A stretch of DNA of 63,106 bases, filler included, from Chiloscyllium plagiosum (lineage: Eukaryota), in NCBI RefSeq assembly GCF_004010195.1. It is 7 parts of 7 records of this genome, joined end to end, with 100 filler letters (N's around TTAATTAATTAA, not from the genome) between each part and the next. Parts side by side here need not be neighbours in the genome. Positions count along the whole stretch, not along the records: positions 24,065 to 39,263 come from NC_057755.1; 6 more parts are not named here. One strand, given 5' to 3'. Shown in pieces: positions 24,065 through 36,890 of the stretch. Within the stretch, counting starts at the first letter, position 1; each line of letters starts with the position of its first letter. The notes beneath the pieces are model-generated. The model was not told where the DNA came from and did no database searches. It worked only from the letters and a program-made list of their open reading frames with translations. The position numbers and the translations under genes are program-made.

Positions 24065-27000
24065 GACTGGAAAATGATGCAACTGCGGTAGAGTTGTTGG
24101 CGTAGAGTGTGAAAAACCGACCGAGATACAGCCTCTGAGGCCAGCTGCATTCCTTTGGCATAGGAACTCAGCAACTGTTGGGTGTTTAGCCATGACAAAG
24201 CAAGCTGAACACGTGTCGTATTTTTCATGTATACTGAAAGGAAATGTTTCACCGTCCTCGTTGTAGCAGTACTTGTTTGATCAGTCTGTTTCTCAGTCTT
24301 CCTCTGTACTGGCCTCTCCAATGGTTTCGAAAACAGAAGCCCTGGAGTGGTATGTAACTGAAGGACACTTATGACTAAATCATGTTCTTGTCTTGCTCAT
24401 GTTTTAGCAGAGTCGCAGCTAGGAAAACGTGAGGACTGCAGATCATGGTCTAAGTGCGTGTCGCTGGAAAATTACAGTCGCTCAGACAGCATCCGAACAG
24501 TTGCGGCTCGCTGTAAGCTCCTTTACTACCTCTGCCATCTGCCTTTTAGGATGGTTTCAATGACTGGTTTAAGCTTTGAATTGGAATTAGGGCCTGAAGA
24601 AATGGCTGAACTTTGGAAGGTCTGAGGCAGCGGTTGCTTCCTTTCATTACTAAACTGTTGCTGATCCCAAAGACCAAAAGTGGCTTGGTGCACTTGCAGC
24701 TTTCAAAACGAACAACTTGTTTATCGATGTGGCTCGTCTCAGTTCGTGATGACCAAGATTCAGTTCCCCAAGCAGCAATAAAGCGACTCAATGGCCCAGT
24801 CATATTATTTCTAGATTATTAATCTAGAAATAAGCTGTTGTTCTGGGGACCTGGGTTCGATTCAGTTCTCCCTTCATTATTTCATCTGGCCTTCACGTGA
24901 TACCAGAGCTACAGAAATGTTGTTGCTCTCAATTGAAGCCTGTAATTACTGAGTGAGCCATTGTGTTCGAGCAATCGCTACGAAGTCTCAAAGAAATGGA
25001 AACAGATGGATCACCTGCTCTGACCTAAAAACAAACCCTGCAGAAACATCCCTGTTGAACCTGCAAATTTCTGCATTCTGATATCTGGGTGATAGCATTA
25101 AAATTGGGAGAGCTGTCTCACAGACTAGTCAATAACTTTGCAGAGACATAATCATTGCCACAACCACCACATCGCCATTCCTGAATTTGTCCTTTTCACT
25201 GGTAGAACAGATCCTACTACCTTAACATAACAGTGGTATTCAGTGGTATTCAGTGGTATGAGGAAGATGCACTAGAATTTCTTGACTTCAGCTCTCGACC
25301 CCATGAAATCTCATGACTTTGGGTTAACTATGGACAAAGAAACGTCTTGCAGGTACAACATACCATTCTCCCTCGGCTGATATATCAGTGCTTATCAATG
25401 TCCGAGAACACATGAACAATACGCTGAGGATAGCAAAGGCGTAAGATGTACTCTGGATGCGGGTTTGCAATTAGCATCAACAAGAGTTGTTCGGCAGCAG
25501 TTCTAACATATAAAAGAAAATATAGAATAAAATATATAGCTGCTAGGTTGGGTCCGAAACAAGTTGTGAAGTAACCAACAAGAGGAAAAAAAATAAACTT
25601 GAAATCATTGTTATCAATCTACCGATTACAAATGCTTGCGTCCATAAAAGTATTAGTTAGAGTGACCACTAACAGTCTTAGTAGATACAAAGTCCTGCCT
25701 TCACATTGCAAATAACCTCCAATTGGTTGTGTGATGCTATCAATATGTTACATTTTAAAAATATTGAACAGGTCTCGCAACCATGACGCACTGTATGCTA
25801 TCAACAGCTTCAGTGTTGTCTTCAAACACAATCTGCAACCTCACGATCCAGCATGTCCACCATTCAACCATTACCACTGAGACAAGGGATAAACACGAGT
25901 TCAATGGAGAGTGCAGGAAATTGTGCCAGAAGCAGCACGAGACATACCTGAGAATTAGGTGTCAATATTGTGACTCTACACACGGGTCTTCATGAATGCC
26001 AAGCCACTTAATCTGCAAGCGACAGAGAGGGCTAAGCAATTCCACAATCAGCAGAGCAGATTTAAGATCTGCAGTTCGAACATATCGAGCCGTTAATTAT
26101 AATGGACAATTAAACAATGCACGAGAAGAGGAGGCTCCACAAATATCTCCATCGCTAATGAAGGAAAAGCACAGCACATTAGTGCCATAGGTAAGGCTGA
26201 AGAACTCAGCCATATTCAGTCAGAAATACTGACTGGATGATCCATCTTGGACTAGTTGAGTGGTGCCTAGCAGTACACATGCCAATCTTCAACTGATTGT
26301 ACTTCTCCACGTCATATCAAGAAAAGGTTGGGACCTAGGATCAATTGCCTGCCGATCAAATATTTTCTGAAATGTTTTCTCTGGATTACCAGTCGGCTTT
26401 CTGAAACCCTAAGAAACTGCACGGTAGCGCTCAGTAACTGAGAAAATCAACAGAAAAAAACAAAATGTCATCAATGCTCTTTGATAAACATTTGAATCAG
26501 AGTTAGCTGCCTTCAACAGTGACACTTTTTTCTCCATAATCATACCCGGACTCCTGTGAGGCACTGGTAGTGGCACTATCTCTAAGCAATAAAGCCCGAT
26601 ATGAATACATACTTGCTCCAGACCTCTATAATTTCATCTCTGAATGGGTATGTTGGGTAGTATCTAATATCTCAGTTTGTACCCCATCAAATTACTGCAT
26701 CTAGTTGATCTCTGTCTTCGCAGGCATCCGGAGAGCCTGTGGCATTGCAACAACAATTTTCCCAAAGAGGAATAGGTTGTATGTTTCAAAAATAAATTTC
26801 ATTCATAAAAGAAAGTGCATCCTAAAGGTCCTCAAACAGTTCTAGTCAGCACCTGCGAGAGAGAATAAAATGTCAAACAAAACATTAGAATTTGATATTT
26901 TTGAGATTACCCTTGCAGTGTGAAAGCAGAGACATTTTCTGCCCATGCAGGGAACTATTTAATTTCATATTGAGCCAACAGAGTGATTAGAGAACTGAAC

Positions 27001-27329
27001 GGACGCTGGTAGGTACAACCCTTTTATCATTTCAAAATACATTTCATTCATTTAAAAAAGTCTTTCTACCTATATAGTTATAAACACCAATCCGCTTTGT
27101 ACAACAGCAAATTAACAAAACAAAGAAACATTGGAGTTTGACTCGAATCCAGCAAACAAAGCAAAGGCATGACTTAATTTAACCAGACTATATTTACATG
27201 AGATTCCTGATGAAGGGCTTATGTCCAAAACGTCAATTCTCCTGAACATCTGATGCTGCCTGACCTGCTGTGCTTTTCAGACACTACACTCTATACTTGC
27301 ATGCAGTTGAGGCACCAGGTACGTCTAAA

Positions 27330-27740
27330 ATCCGAATGGACCACTATTTAACTTCAGCAGTAAGTTCTCAAACAGTTGTCTTTTCGCACTGCACCTTGGT
27401 GGCAGTGGCCCCTGACATGCATGCGTCCCTGTGGGCGTCGTCGTATACGTTGGAATGTGCTGATCTGCAATATCCTTTCCAGGACAATTCCTTGTTCTAG
27501 AAGGCCAATAGGTTCAATGCTTACCGAAGAGCGGCTTTCAAAAAAGGACTGGTCCTCCAGGCGTAATATCCTGACCAGTTTTGTGTGCCTGCAAAAGTCA
27601 TCAAGTAGTTCTATAGAGTTTCTGCAGAGAGAAAAGAAAATCTGCCAAAGGGTAGATTGTAATTTGACATATTTAATATCATGCCTGCAGTTTCGCCCGT
27701 GCAGGAAACTGCTTAAATTCATTTCGAGGTAACAGGTTAG
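27330..27740 (-). mobile_element. Tx1/L1-clade non-LTR retrotransposon ORF2 3' remnant
   Basis: Minus-strand RDACMSGATATKVQCEKTTV* resembles the Tx1-type C-terminus RDALKLGAAAAKAQWGKTTV. Confidence 0.55.
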
Positions 27741-28043
27741 ATTTGAGAACTGAAGAGATCCTATTCTCAACAGATTGCCCAGTTTTACTTGCTTCTCCGT
27801 GCCGTTTCTGAGCTGCAAAACGGAGCAAAGGTGCAACTTCTAAACAATTACAATACTCTGACATGAGGTGACTTGCTTTCCGCCAAATAGAATCAGACAC
27901 ATGTGAATCTTTTCCGTCTGTATGAAACTATGTGGTTCTGCAATATTGTTAAATTTGCCTGATGGTAGTGTGGGTCAGTTTATCAGCGTATTCACAAACT
28001 ACTTTTCGTGAGGTGGGAACGGGGGTTTATTCAAAATCTGTGA

Positions 28044-28051
28044 TGATGTCA
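28044..28051 (+). promoter_or_regulatory. CRE-like TGATGTCA motif of TRBV promoter (copy 1)
   Basis: ~85 nt upstream of the leader ATG; conserved at 31179-31186 and as TTATGTCA at 34623-34630; followed by a TATA-like ATTAA. Confidence 0.6.
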
Positions 28052-28132
28052 TATCTATAGCTAAGCATTAACTCCAGTGATTGGGGAACACAGTTTGCAG
28101 TGTGTGAATGCTGCACCAAGTTGGAAGGGACA

Positions 28133-29239
28133 ATGTTTGCAGCTTGTTCGCTGCATCTCCTGTTATTGCTGCTCCCAGGTAACCTTCCTGACTCGGTGAT
28201 CTATTTAAGTTTGTCTTAAGCCGCTTTTGGGGCAAGAGATGAATTTCTGACAGTCAGGTCTTTGAAAGTTTCCTTCTTGTGTATTCTTTTTATAAAAGAA
28301 CACAGGTTGGTCTGATATTAGAATGAAAGTAGCAATGTAAATTTTCTAATAAGCAGGCACTATGCCGACACCAGTGAGTGGCTGAGGTCATTCACTCTCT
28401 CTCCGTAACAGGAAAATGTCCTGTCTCAGTAAAGCGGGCGGAATTCAATGTGTGTAAAATTTGGGAAATCGAAAGCTACACCTGCGTCCCCGCAAGCAAT
28501 CAGCATTGCAGCCAAACTTGGCAATGAAGAATCTGCGCCAGTGTTGCTCTGCTGTAATTGGGTGTGCAGAAAACTGCAGCTCTGTATGAGTGTTGAATAA
28601 TGTGTTGCTGGGAAAGCGCAGCAGGTCAGCCAGCATCCAAGGAGCAGGAGGATCGACGTTTCTGGCATAAGCCCTTCTTCAGGAAGAAGGGTTTATGCCT
28701 GGAATGTCAATTCTCCTGCTCCTTGGATCTGCCTGACCTGCTGCGCTTTTCCAGCAACACATGTTTCAGCTCTGATCTCCAGCATCTGCAGTCCTCACTT
28801 TTTCCCTTTGTATGAGGGTGTCAAAAAGTTGACCGTTTGTGTGGGGAAGTTCCTAGTTCTTTTGGTAGAAATTGCCCCTCAGTATTGATAGTAAACAATT
28901 GAAATTTAATCCTGTCTGCTGTCCCGTCTCTCCTCAGCTGGATGCAGAAGTACTATCGTCTCCCAATTGGAAAAACACTTGTCTGTTGGAAAAGGGAAGA
29001 TGGTGGAAATGCATTGTTTCCAAGAAGGTACGAGCAATAGCTACATGTACTGGTACCGCCGTTACAAAGGAGCAGGCCTGCAGCTCATAATTACCTCCGC
29101 TTTCGGCACTGAACCCACGCCTGAAGAGGGCTTCAAGAAGAGGTTTGAAGTCACCAGAACCAGTCAAAAGTCGTGCAGCCTGAAAATTCAGAGCTTGGTG
29201 CCAAATGATACTGCAATCTATTACTGCGCTGCTAGTGAT
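28133..29239 (+). CDS. TRBV: TCR beta-type V gene segment 1 (leader 28133-28178, V exon 28938-29239), intact
   Basis: Leader MFAACSLHLLLLLP G|GTAAC; V: EMHCFQ...YMYWYR...[11 protein letters not shown]; phase-compatible splice sites; 23-RSS follows. Confidence 0.85.
28601..28806. mobile_element. Inverted (palindromic) Penelope-like terminal repeat inserted in the TRBV1 leader intron
   Basis: 28601-28680 is approximately the reverse complement of 28684-28761; absent from the homologous TRBV2 intron. Confidence 0.75.
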
Positions 29240-29278
29240 CACAGTGATTCGAACAGGCATACAGCTGGATCAAAAAGC
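29240..29278 (+). other. 23-RSS of TRBV1
   Basis: CACAGTG-23nt-TCAAAAAGC. Confidence 0.92.
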
Positions 29279-31264
29279 TCCTCGCCTCGAGTGATTGGGT
29301 GAGAGCCGCTGGCTGGTTTTAATGAGCTTGTCATTGATACAGACGTCCAACATGACGTCATAAGGGGACAAAATAAATTCTCAGGAGGAATTGATCGTGT
29401 CATGGAGATCGACAGCATGGAAGACTCTTCAACACATTGTGCACACGCCAGTCAAAAAACAAACACCTAAGTATTCTGAGGAAGACGAACTCAGTCTATT
29501 CGGTCTTACTTCATTTTCCAGCACTTTTCCATTAGCTTCGCATTTCTTGATATCTCAAGTGCGCACCAAATAATTGTTTAATGTAATGGGGAAACCTTAC
29601 AGCCAATGATCTCCTTACTCCCCTCACCAATTGTATGAAAGAAACGTTTCTTCACATCTCCACTAAATCTCCTGCACTTCCCTTTAAATTTTGGCCGCTT
29701 TTATGAACCCTCCATTTCGGGAAAGCGCCTCCCTGTCTGTGCTGTCTGTGCCACTCATTAACGTATACATCTCAGTCCTGTCCGTTCACAGTCTACCCAT
29801 TGTTTTTTCAAAACATCCTTCCTTTTATTCCTCCGGTAGTAAATGTTATTCTCGATTCAGCTCTCTTATCTCCTCCTTGTTACAGCACTTGGGCAATTGA
29901 GGTGCCAGTCTTACAATTAAGCATTAATGTGCTGGCTCCTGCTCTTGATAACTTCGGAATTATGTTGAGGTTGCTCATGTGTAATGGCCAGTGTAGTTCG
30001 TGCGCTTATGCAGAATGACACATTAGCTGAGAAGAACATGTGTGTTTGTCATAAAGTAGTTTCGAAGTGACAGCACATGCAGAAAAATATGTTTATTATT
30101 GAAAACTCGATTCTGATTACTTTCTCCATTTTATCCCACGTCCTCGCACGCCCCAACGGTGGTAAATGCTTGCTGATCATACACTTTTGACCCGTCTTCT
30201 CAAGACAATCAATTTTCTCAATTCATCACTGAGAAGTTGCAGTCTTGCTCTTAGTGTCTGGGTGAATCAATGAAAAAAAAAACTTTGTCAATATTCATTG
30301 TTAATTGTCTTGATTCAGAGTGAGCAGAGAACAATAAAAATATATGTTGCTTCTTCAGCACACTTATGACTCTTTTAGAGAAACAACTGTATCCCAACCT
30401 CTGAGCCAGCTTTCAAGGTTTACATTACTCAGAAGTGTGTCATGACATCTTTCAGCAGGTTGATTAGACGGAATGAATGAGGAGTACCCCTGTGAAGCTG
30501 TGTTCATGTCCCTACCTCTCACTGAGAAACACTGAGGTCATCACACACCTGCTCCAGAGCTCTGCAATGCCATCTGTCAGCGTAACATAACTTTAAACCA
30601 ATCAAAAAACGATATGCATCTGAAAATCTGTAGATTCAGCCACAAGGACGACCATGTGCTATTGCCAAAAACAAGGTTTCCTCTCAATGGATAAGTTATG
30701 TTACCAAAATATATATTATTCATAAAGGCCATATGCGTATAAATAGTTCTCAAATAATTCTATACGTTTTTGTACAGAGGGAAACTATTAGGAACTCATT
30801 ACAATTTGACGTCTCTCAGACTGCCCCTGCAGTTTTGCAAACAGACGCATTTTCGCACGTGCAGGTGGGAAAAGAATGGGGTTGATAACTGAGTAGACCC
30901 TCTTCAGAACAGTTCGCCGAAACTAACTTTCTGAAATGCAAAACGGAGTGATGCGGCTTCTTAAAAACAATTACTCAGTTCTTTTTAGGTGAGATGATTC
31001 ACTTTTCCCCAAATAAAACTGGGCACATGTGAATCATTCCAATTGAAAAAAAAAACCTGCAGGTTCAGCAATAGCGTTCAACTTCCATGACGAACTTGTG
31101 GGTCACTTACCGATGTATTCAATGACATGTGCTTTCCTCCAGATGGAAATGAAGGAGGTCTATTGGACTATCTTACGATGATGTCATATCCAGAGCTGAG
31201 TATTAAATCCGGCGACAGGGCGAGATAATTTGCAGTATGTGAGAGCTGTATGAAGTTGTAAGAA

Positions 31265-32150
31265 ATGATGTTCGGTGCTTATTCTCTGCATATCCTGTTA
31301 CTGCTGCTCCCAGGTAACCTTGAAACCTTGGCGAACACTTTGAGTCAGTCGTTTATTCGCTGTTGATGCCGAATTTCTGTCAGACAGATGATTTGCAAAC
31401 TTTCGTTTCTTACTGTTCACTCTCTCGATGGCAAAGAAATAGAACGGTCTGATAACAGAATGGAAGTGACAGTGCCCAGCTTCCAAATAATGACGCACAA
31501 TGCCCACACTAGTGAGCGGCTGAGATCACAAACTCTCTCACAGTAATGGGGATATGCCATATCTTATTAAAGTGGGAGGATGTTGAAGTTTGTGCAATGT
31601 GGAGACATGAAGGCACACCTGCGTCCCCGCAAGCAATCGGCATTGCAGCTAAACTTGAAAATGAAGAGCTTGCAGCACTTTTTCTCCTCTGTTACTGTGT
31701 GTCCAGGAAAGTGCGGCTCTGTCTGAGGATGTCTGTGTCAAACAACTCTGAGGGAAAAGTTCCTGTATCGGTTTATTCTAAATTGCCTCTCAGTACTGTC
31801 TGCAAATATTTGAAACTTGATCCTATCTGTTCTCCCGTTTCTCCTCAGCTAGCTGCATGAGCGCCCTCGTCTCCCAACTGGAGAACCACTTGTCTGTTGG
31901 AGAAGGGAAAATGGCGGAGATGCACTGTTACCAAAATGACACTAACGAAAGCTATATGTACTGGTACCGAAATCAGAGAGGAGCAGGTCTGGAGCTCATA
32001 GTAACCTCCATTTTCGGTTCTGATCCCACGCTTGAAGAGAGTTTCAAGAAGAGGTTTGAAGTCACTAGAGCTAGTCAGAAGTCGTGCAGCCTGAAAATAC
32101 AGAGCTTAGTGCCGACTGATACTGCAGTCTATTTCTGCGCTGCTAGTGAT
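31265..32150 (+). CDS. TRBV: TCR beta-type V gene segment 2 (leader 31265-31313, V exon 31849-32150), intact
   Basis: Leader MMFGAYSLHILLLLLP; V: EMHCYQNDTNESYMYWYR...DTAVYFCAASD. Confidence 0.87.
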
Positions 32151-32189
32151 CACAGTGTTACCACCAGGCTCGGAGCTGGGTCGAAAACC
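32151..32189 (+). other. 23-RSS of TRBV2
   Basis: CACAGTG-23nt-TCGAAAACC. Confidence 0.92.
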
Positions 32190-34711
32190 TATTGGCTTAT
32201 TATACCATAAGCCGAGTGATAGGGAAAGAGCTGCTGTCAGTTTTCAATAAGATTGTTGTTGGTTTTGCTTCCATGCCAACCAACATGACTTTCTGAGTGG
32301 AGAAAATAATTTCCCAGTCTGTAAGGAGCGAAAAATAGAGTCATGGTGATTGACAACACAGAAGAAGAAACTTCAGTACATTGTACTCACGGTGGTCAAT
32401 AACAGTAACCTAATTATTCTGAGCCCATTCTCCAGCACTTTACCCATACTGTTGTATGCCCTGGCAGCTCAAGCATACATCTAAATGCTTATTCAATGTG
32501 ACGGATCTTTCTATCCTACTGCAATTACAGACAGTCACTTCCTTAGTCCCTTCAATCTCTTTGTGAAAAAAAAAAGGTTTTCTTAACAACTCCACCAAAG
32601 CTCGTGGCCCTTCTCTTAAAGTTTGATCCTTGTCATTGATTCCTCCATCCAGGGGAACCATTCACTCTTATCTATTTTTGTCATTACTTCATTAGTTTAT
32701 ACGTCTCAATCTTGTTCATTGTGATCCTCTTCGGCTCTGAGGAAGATGACCCTGAGTCTACCTATTATTTCTTCATGACATCCTTCTTTTTATTCATCCA
32801 GTCATAAATGCTCGCCTCCCATTCACTTTCTTATCTTCTTTCTGAAGCAGCAATTGGACAACTGAGGTGCCAATCTTCAAATCGAGCATTCATTTGCCGG
32901 CTGCTGTTCCTGATAACTTTGCAATTGTTTGTGATAATCTCTTCGGCATGGTCAAAGTTACTTCTGCACTTATACAGAATGGCATGCTCGACATGTTAGC
33001 CCGGAAGAGCATGTTTGTTTGTCAAAATAGTTTTACAGTAAAATGAATCCCATTAAATTGTATGAGCTAAATGTCACGTCTGTTTATCCTATCTCTCTCA
33101 TGTCTTCACCTCTCTCTCTCCAAACGCAACAATTGTTTGCGGAGTAAAGAAAAATCTGACCTGTCTTCTCAAGATTAACAATATTATTGCTTCTGCCAGA
33201 GAAGCTTCACGGCAGCTCCCAGTAACTGATGGAATACACAGAGAAAACAAAACTTAATTAATGTTTTTTTTTGAAAATCACCTTGAATCAGAGTCATTTG
33301 CGGACAATGAAAATGCTTTTCTGTTATCATAATGTTCACTTTTGTGGAGAGTTGACTAATGTCTCTACGTATAAACCAGCAGGCCTGAGTTCAACTCCCA
33401 CATATTCTGCAAATATTGACAATATCTGTCCACAGACTGGTTGGACGTCATCTATATACCAGGGATGTTGTTGCGAATCAATACTGGTGGCATTACCTCG
33501 AGCTAGGAGAAGAGCATTGAACATCCACCGTGTCCAGGATTCTGTCACGACATATCCCATCGGGTTGATTAGATTTCACCTGTAATAAATGAAGATGCCT
33601 CTTATGGTAGTGTTCATACCTCAGAACCATGAGGTCTGAGTTCAATACACCTGTACCAGAGTTGTGTTTTGACGTCTTTGAACAGGTTCATTCGTTCGCC
33701 TCAATAAAATACTGTATTTATTTGGCATCGCAACAGCAACTATTGTTTTAGAGGAACGTTGGCAAACAATATATTATCCATGAAAAATAGGCGTACAAAA
33801 GGTTGTATATTGTTTCAGATTTTTTTGCCGTGAGAAGATAAAAAGACATTGGATTTTGTCATTTCTGGTAGCACCCTTGCATTTTTTAATGGAGGCATTT
33901 TCCACGCTTGCAGGAAGATTTCCATTCATTTTGATGCAACGGGGGGCGGAGTTGCGGGGTTGAGAAAAGAATGTACCACTCTTAGGAATTGGCTTTTATT
34001 TGTTTCAAAACTAAACTTTATTCATTCAAAATCTTTGCATAGATCCATATTGACTAGAGCCATTCAATACTGTACAATATTTGCGTATGGAGAAACAAAG
34101 AAACGTTAGAATTTGATTTTCTCCGCAGTTGCAAAATATCCAAAGGCATTTCTTCTTTATACAAGGTATTATTAATATTTTTTGAGGCACTGAAAGGGTT
34201 CGATAACAGAATGTATCCTCATTGCACTCTGGTTGAAATGAAATTAGACTTCACCAGTGCGCCTTGTCGGCAGTTGCCCACAATTCTAATGCTGCATTCA
34301 GCACGAATTCCATTGAACGCTGGTCGAGACAGCCTAACTAGTTTGACGTTCTTGTCTGTGTCCATTCTGATATGCAAAGTTGAACGATGTAGCGGCTTCT
34401 AAACAATTCTGCAATCGTTTGATATGAAGTGACTTGCTTTCCCTCCCGAAAAGAAACAAACAAAGATGAATCATTCCAATCTGTGGGAAGAACCTCCAGG
34501 GTGTCAATAAGATCGTCCGACTTGCATGACGACTTTGTGAGTCAGTTTTCAGCGTTTTCATCGGCAGGATATCTACTTTTCCTTAGATGGGAATGGGGTA
34601 GGTCCATCAAAAGTTCTCACAATTATGTCACATCCTTAGCTAAGCATTAAATACGGCAACAGGGCGAGACGGTTTGCACTGCATCGGGCTGTACCAAAGT
34701 TGGGACGGATA

Positions 34712-35481
34712 ATGTTCAGTGCTCTTTCTCTGCATCTCCTGCTTTTGCTGCTCCCAGGTTGCCTCCCAGCGAACGAATTGAGCCAATCTTAATCTGTATT
34801 TGGTGTCGCCGACAAACTTTATCCAGTCGGATCATTTGAAAGTTTCGTTCTTGCTTACTTTCTTAAAACAAACGCAGAACTGTCTTGTTGCGAAATGAAA
34901 GTGTCCACGCTTAACTTTCAAATAACAGGGCGCAATGCCTACTCCATTCTTTCTGTCCACAATGAGAAATTCCATGTGTTGCTGAGGCTGGCAGATTTTG
35001 ATCAGGTTAGAATGTGGGAAACCGGAGAACACATCTAGGATTCCACAACAAATACCATTTCAGCCAAACGTAGCGAAGTGGAGTGTGCCCCAGTGTTTCA
35101 CGGCCATGACTGTGTGATCAGAGAAACGCAGCCCTGTCTAAGGATATCTGTAGTTATTCATACAGTTGAAGTTTGACCATGCCGATTCTTCCATTCTCCT
35201 CAGCTGGCTGCAAGATCGCTCTGATCCTACAGTGGGGGAACCGCTTCTCTGTTGGAAAAGGGAAGACAGTGGAGATGCACTGCTACCAAAACGACACAAG
35301 CCAGTACAGAGCAGCAAGTCTGCAGCTCATAGCAACCTCCGCTGCTACCTCAGAGCATACATTCGAAGAGGATTTCAAGGCAAGGTTGAAAATTATGATG
35401 CGCAATACGAAGTCATGCAGCGTGAAAATTCTGCAGCTGCAAGTGTCCGATACTGCGCTTTATTTCTGTGCTGCCGGTGAT
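34712..35481 (+). pseudogene. TRBV: TCR beta-type V segment 3 (leader 34712-34757, V exon 35204-35481); open frame but 8-codon deletion removes YMYWY incl. core Trp
   Basis: CYQNDTSQYRAASLQLI vs TRBV2 CYQNDTNESYMYWYRNQRGAGLELI; ends DTALYFCAAGD. Confidence 0.82.
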
Positions 35482-35520
35482 CACAGAGACACAAACAAGT
35501 GCAGGGCATTTGCAAAACCC
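35482..35520 (+). other. 23-RSS of TRBV3
   Basis: CACAGAG-23nt-GCAAAACCC. Confidence 0.85.
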
Positions 35521-35919
35521 TCACAAGTGGCTCAACTGTAAGCAGCCAGATTGGGAAGCACGAGTGGGCAACGCTCACAAATGCATCCGCACCTTATTGA
35601 AGATTTCACCCTTTCCACCATCAAATCACCGTGACAATTTTCACCCATTAATCCCGAGAATTAAATTTCTTGTGTTTCCAATTGTTGAATTAATGCACAT
35701 TAAGGGCAGACTCATAACACCAAAGATAAATCGGTCCGGTGATGTTGCTGTTATGACCCTCCCTCTGATTCAGGATGCCCCAATTCATGTCATACCTACT
35801 CAAGTCGTATGTTGCAGCATCTTTCAATAGTTAGATCGAGGACAAAGATCAGGTAAGGCATTCTCCTCACGGTATGGTGCTCATCAGATCTTCGAAAGCG
35901 TCAAGAGTGTTGGTGGAAT

Positions 35920-36450
35920 GAGATGAACCAAAGAACTGCTGGTGCTAGAAATCTGAAACAAAAATAAACATTTCTGAAGTACAACAGTAGGGCTGCCATA
36001 ATCTGTAGATCGAAAACAGAGTGACTCTTCATCAGAACTAGCAAGAATAATGTTGTTACATATGTTGATTGGAGAAGGAAAAGATTAAGTTCTAACGTGA
36101 GGAAAGAGTCCAGACTGAGAAAGCCAGTTGGGCAAAGATTAACATTAAGTCAGAGAGAAAGAAAAGTGGCAATGTTTGAGTGAAAATGGATTGGCTCTGC
36201 GGGAAACAACCTATATGCCGACAGGCCAGAATTTTTGGGAGCATGGTAAATGTCGTGGAAGAAGGTATGTTGATTGTAAAATTATTGAACTTGATATTGA
36301 GTCCCAAGGACCATGGGGTTACCAAGTGGAAATTGAGGTGCTGTTCCTCCAGCGTGTGGTGATCTTCACTGGAGAACTGCGACAAAGATGTTGGGCAGGG
36401 GACACAGCAGTGTGTCGAAGTGGAGAGGGTTAGTGGTCCTGACGAGCTCC
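35920..36450 (-). mobile_element. Penelope-like element remnant (GIY-YIG C-terminus)
   Basis: LEEQHLNFHLVTPWSLGLNIKF resembles the PLE motif LEEQHLIFRLGTLQPxGLNIEF. Confidence 0.65.
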
Positions 36451-36853
36451 CTCTCTAAAGATACCAGACACGATGGTAGCCACAGAAGGTGTGCAGGCAG
36501 TTGGCAGCTATGACCATATACAGTGGCTGTTGCCTGGACCTTTGAGTTCATGTTGTACAGATGATTTAGACTGATAAACTTATGGAGCACTCAAACAAAC
36601 CATTTGGTCCAGCTCGTCCATATTGACCAGATATCCTAAACTGACCTATTCTCCTTTATCAGTGTTTTGCCCATTTTCTTGTCAGCCTTTCCTATTCATA
36701 TAAACATCCAGATGCCTTTTAAATGTTGTAATTGCACCCACCTCCACTACTTTCGCTGGCAACTCATTCCACACAGACACCACCTTCTGCGTGAAAACGA
36801 TGCCCCTTAGGTCTATTTTAAATCTTAACTCTCTCACCTTAAACATATTTAAG

Positions 36854-36890
36854 GTTCCTGAAGAAGGGCTTATGCCCGAAACGTCGATTC
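36854..36890 (+). ncRNA. Minimal type I hammerhead ribozyme motif in a Penelope-like terminal repeat
   Basis: CTGAAGA-A-GGGC-TTAT-GCCC-GAAA-C-GTC. Confidence 0.55.
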
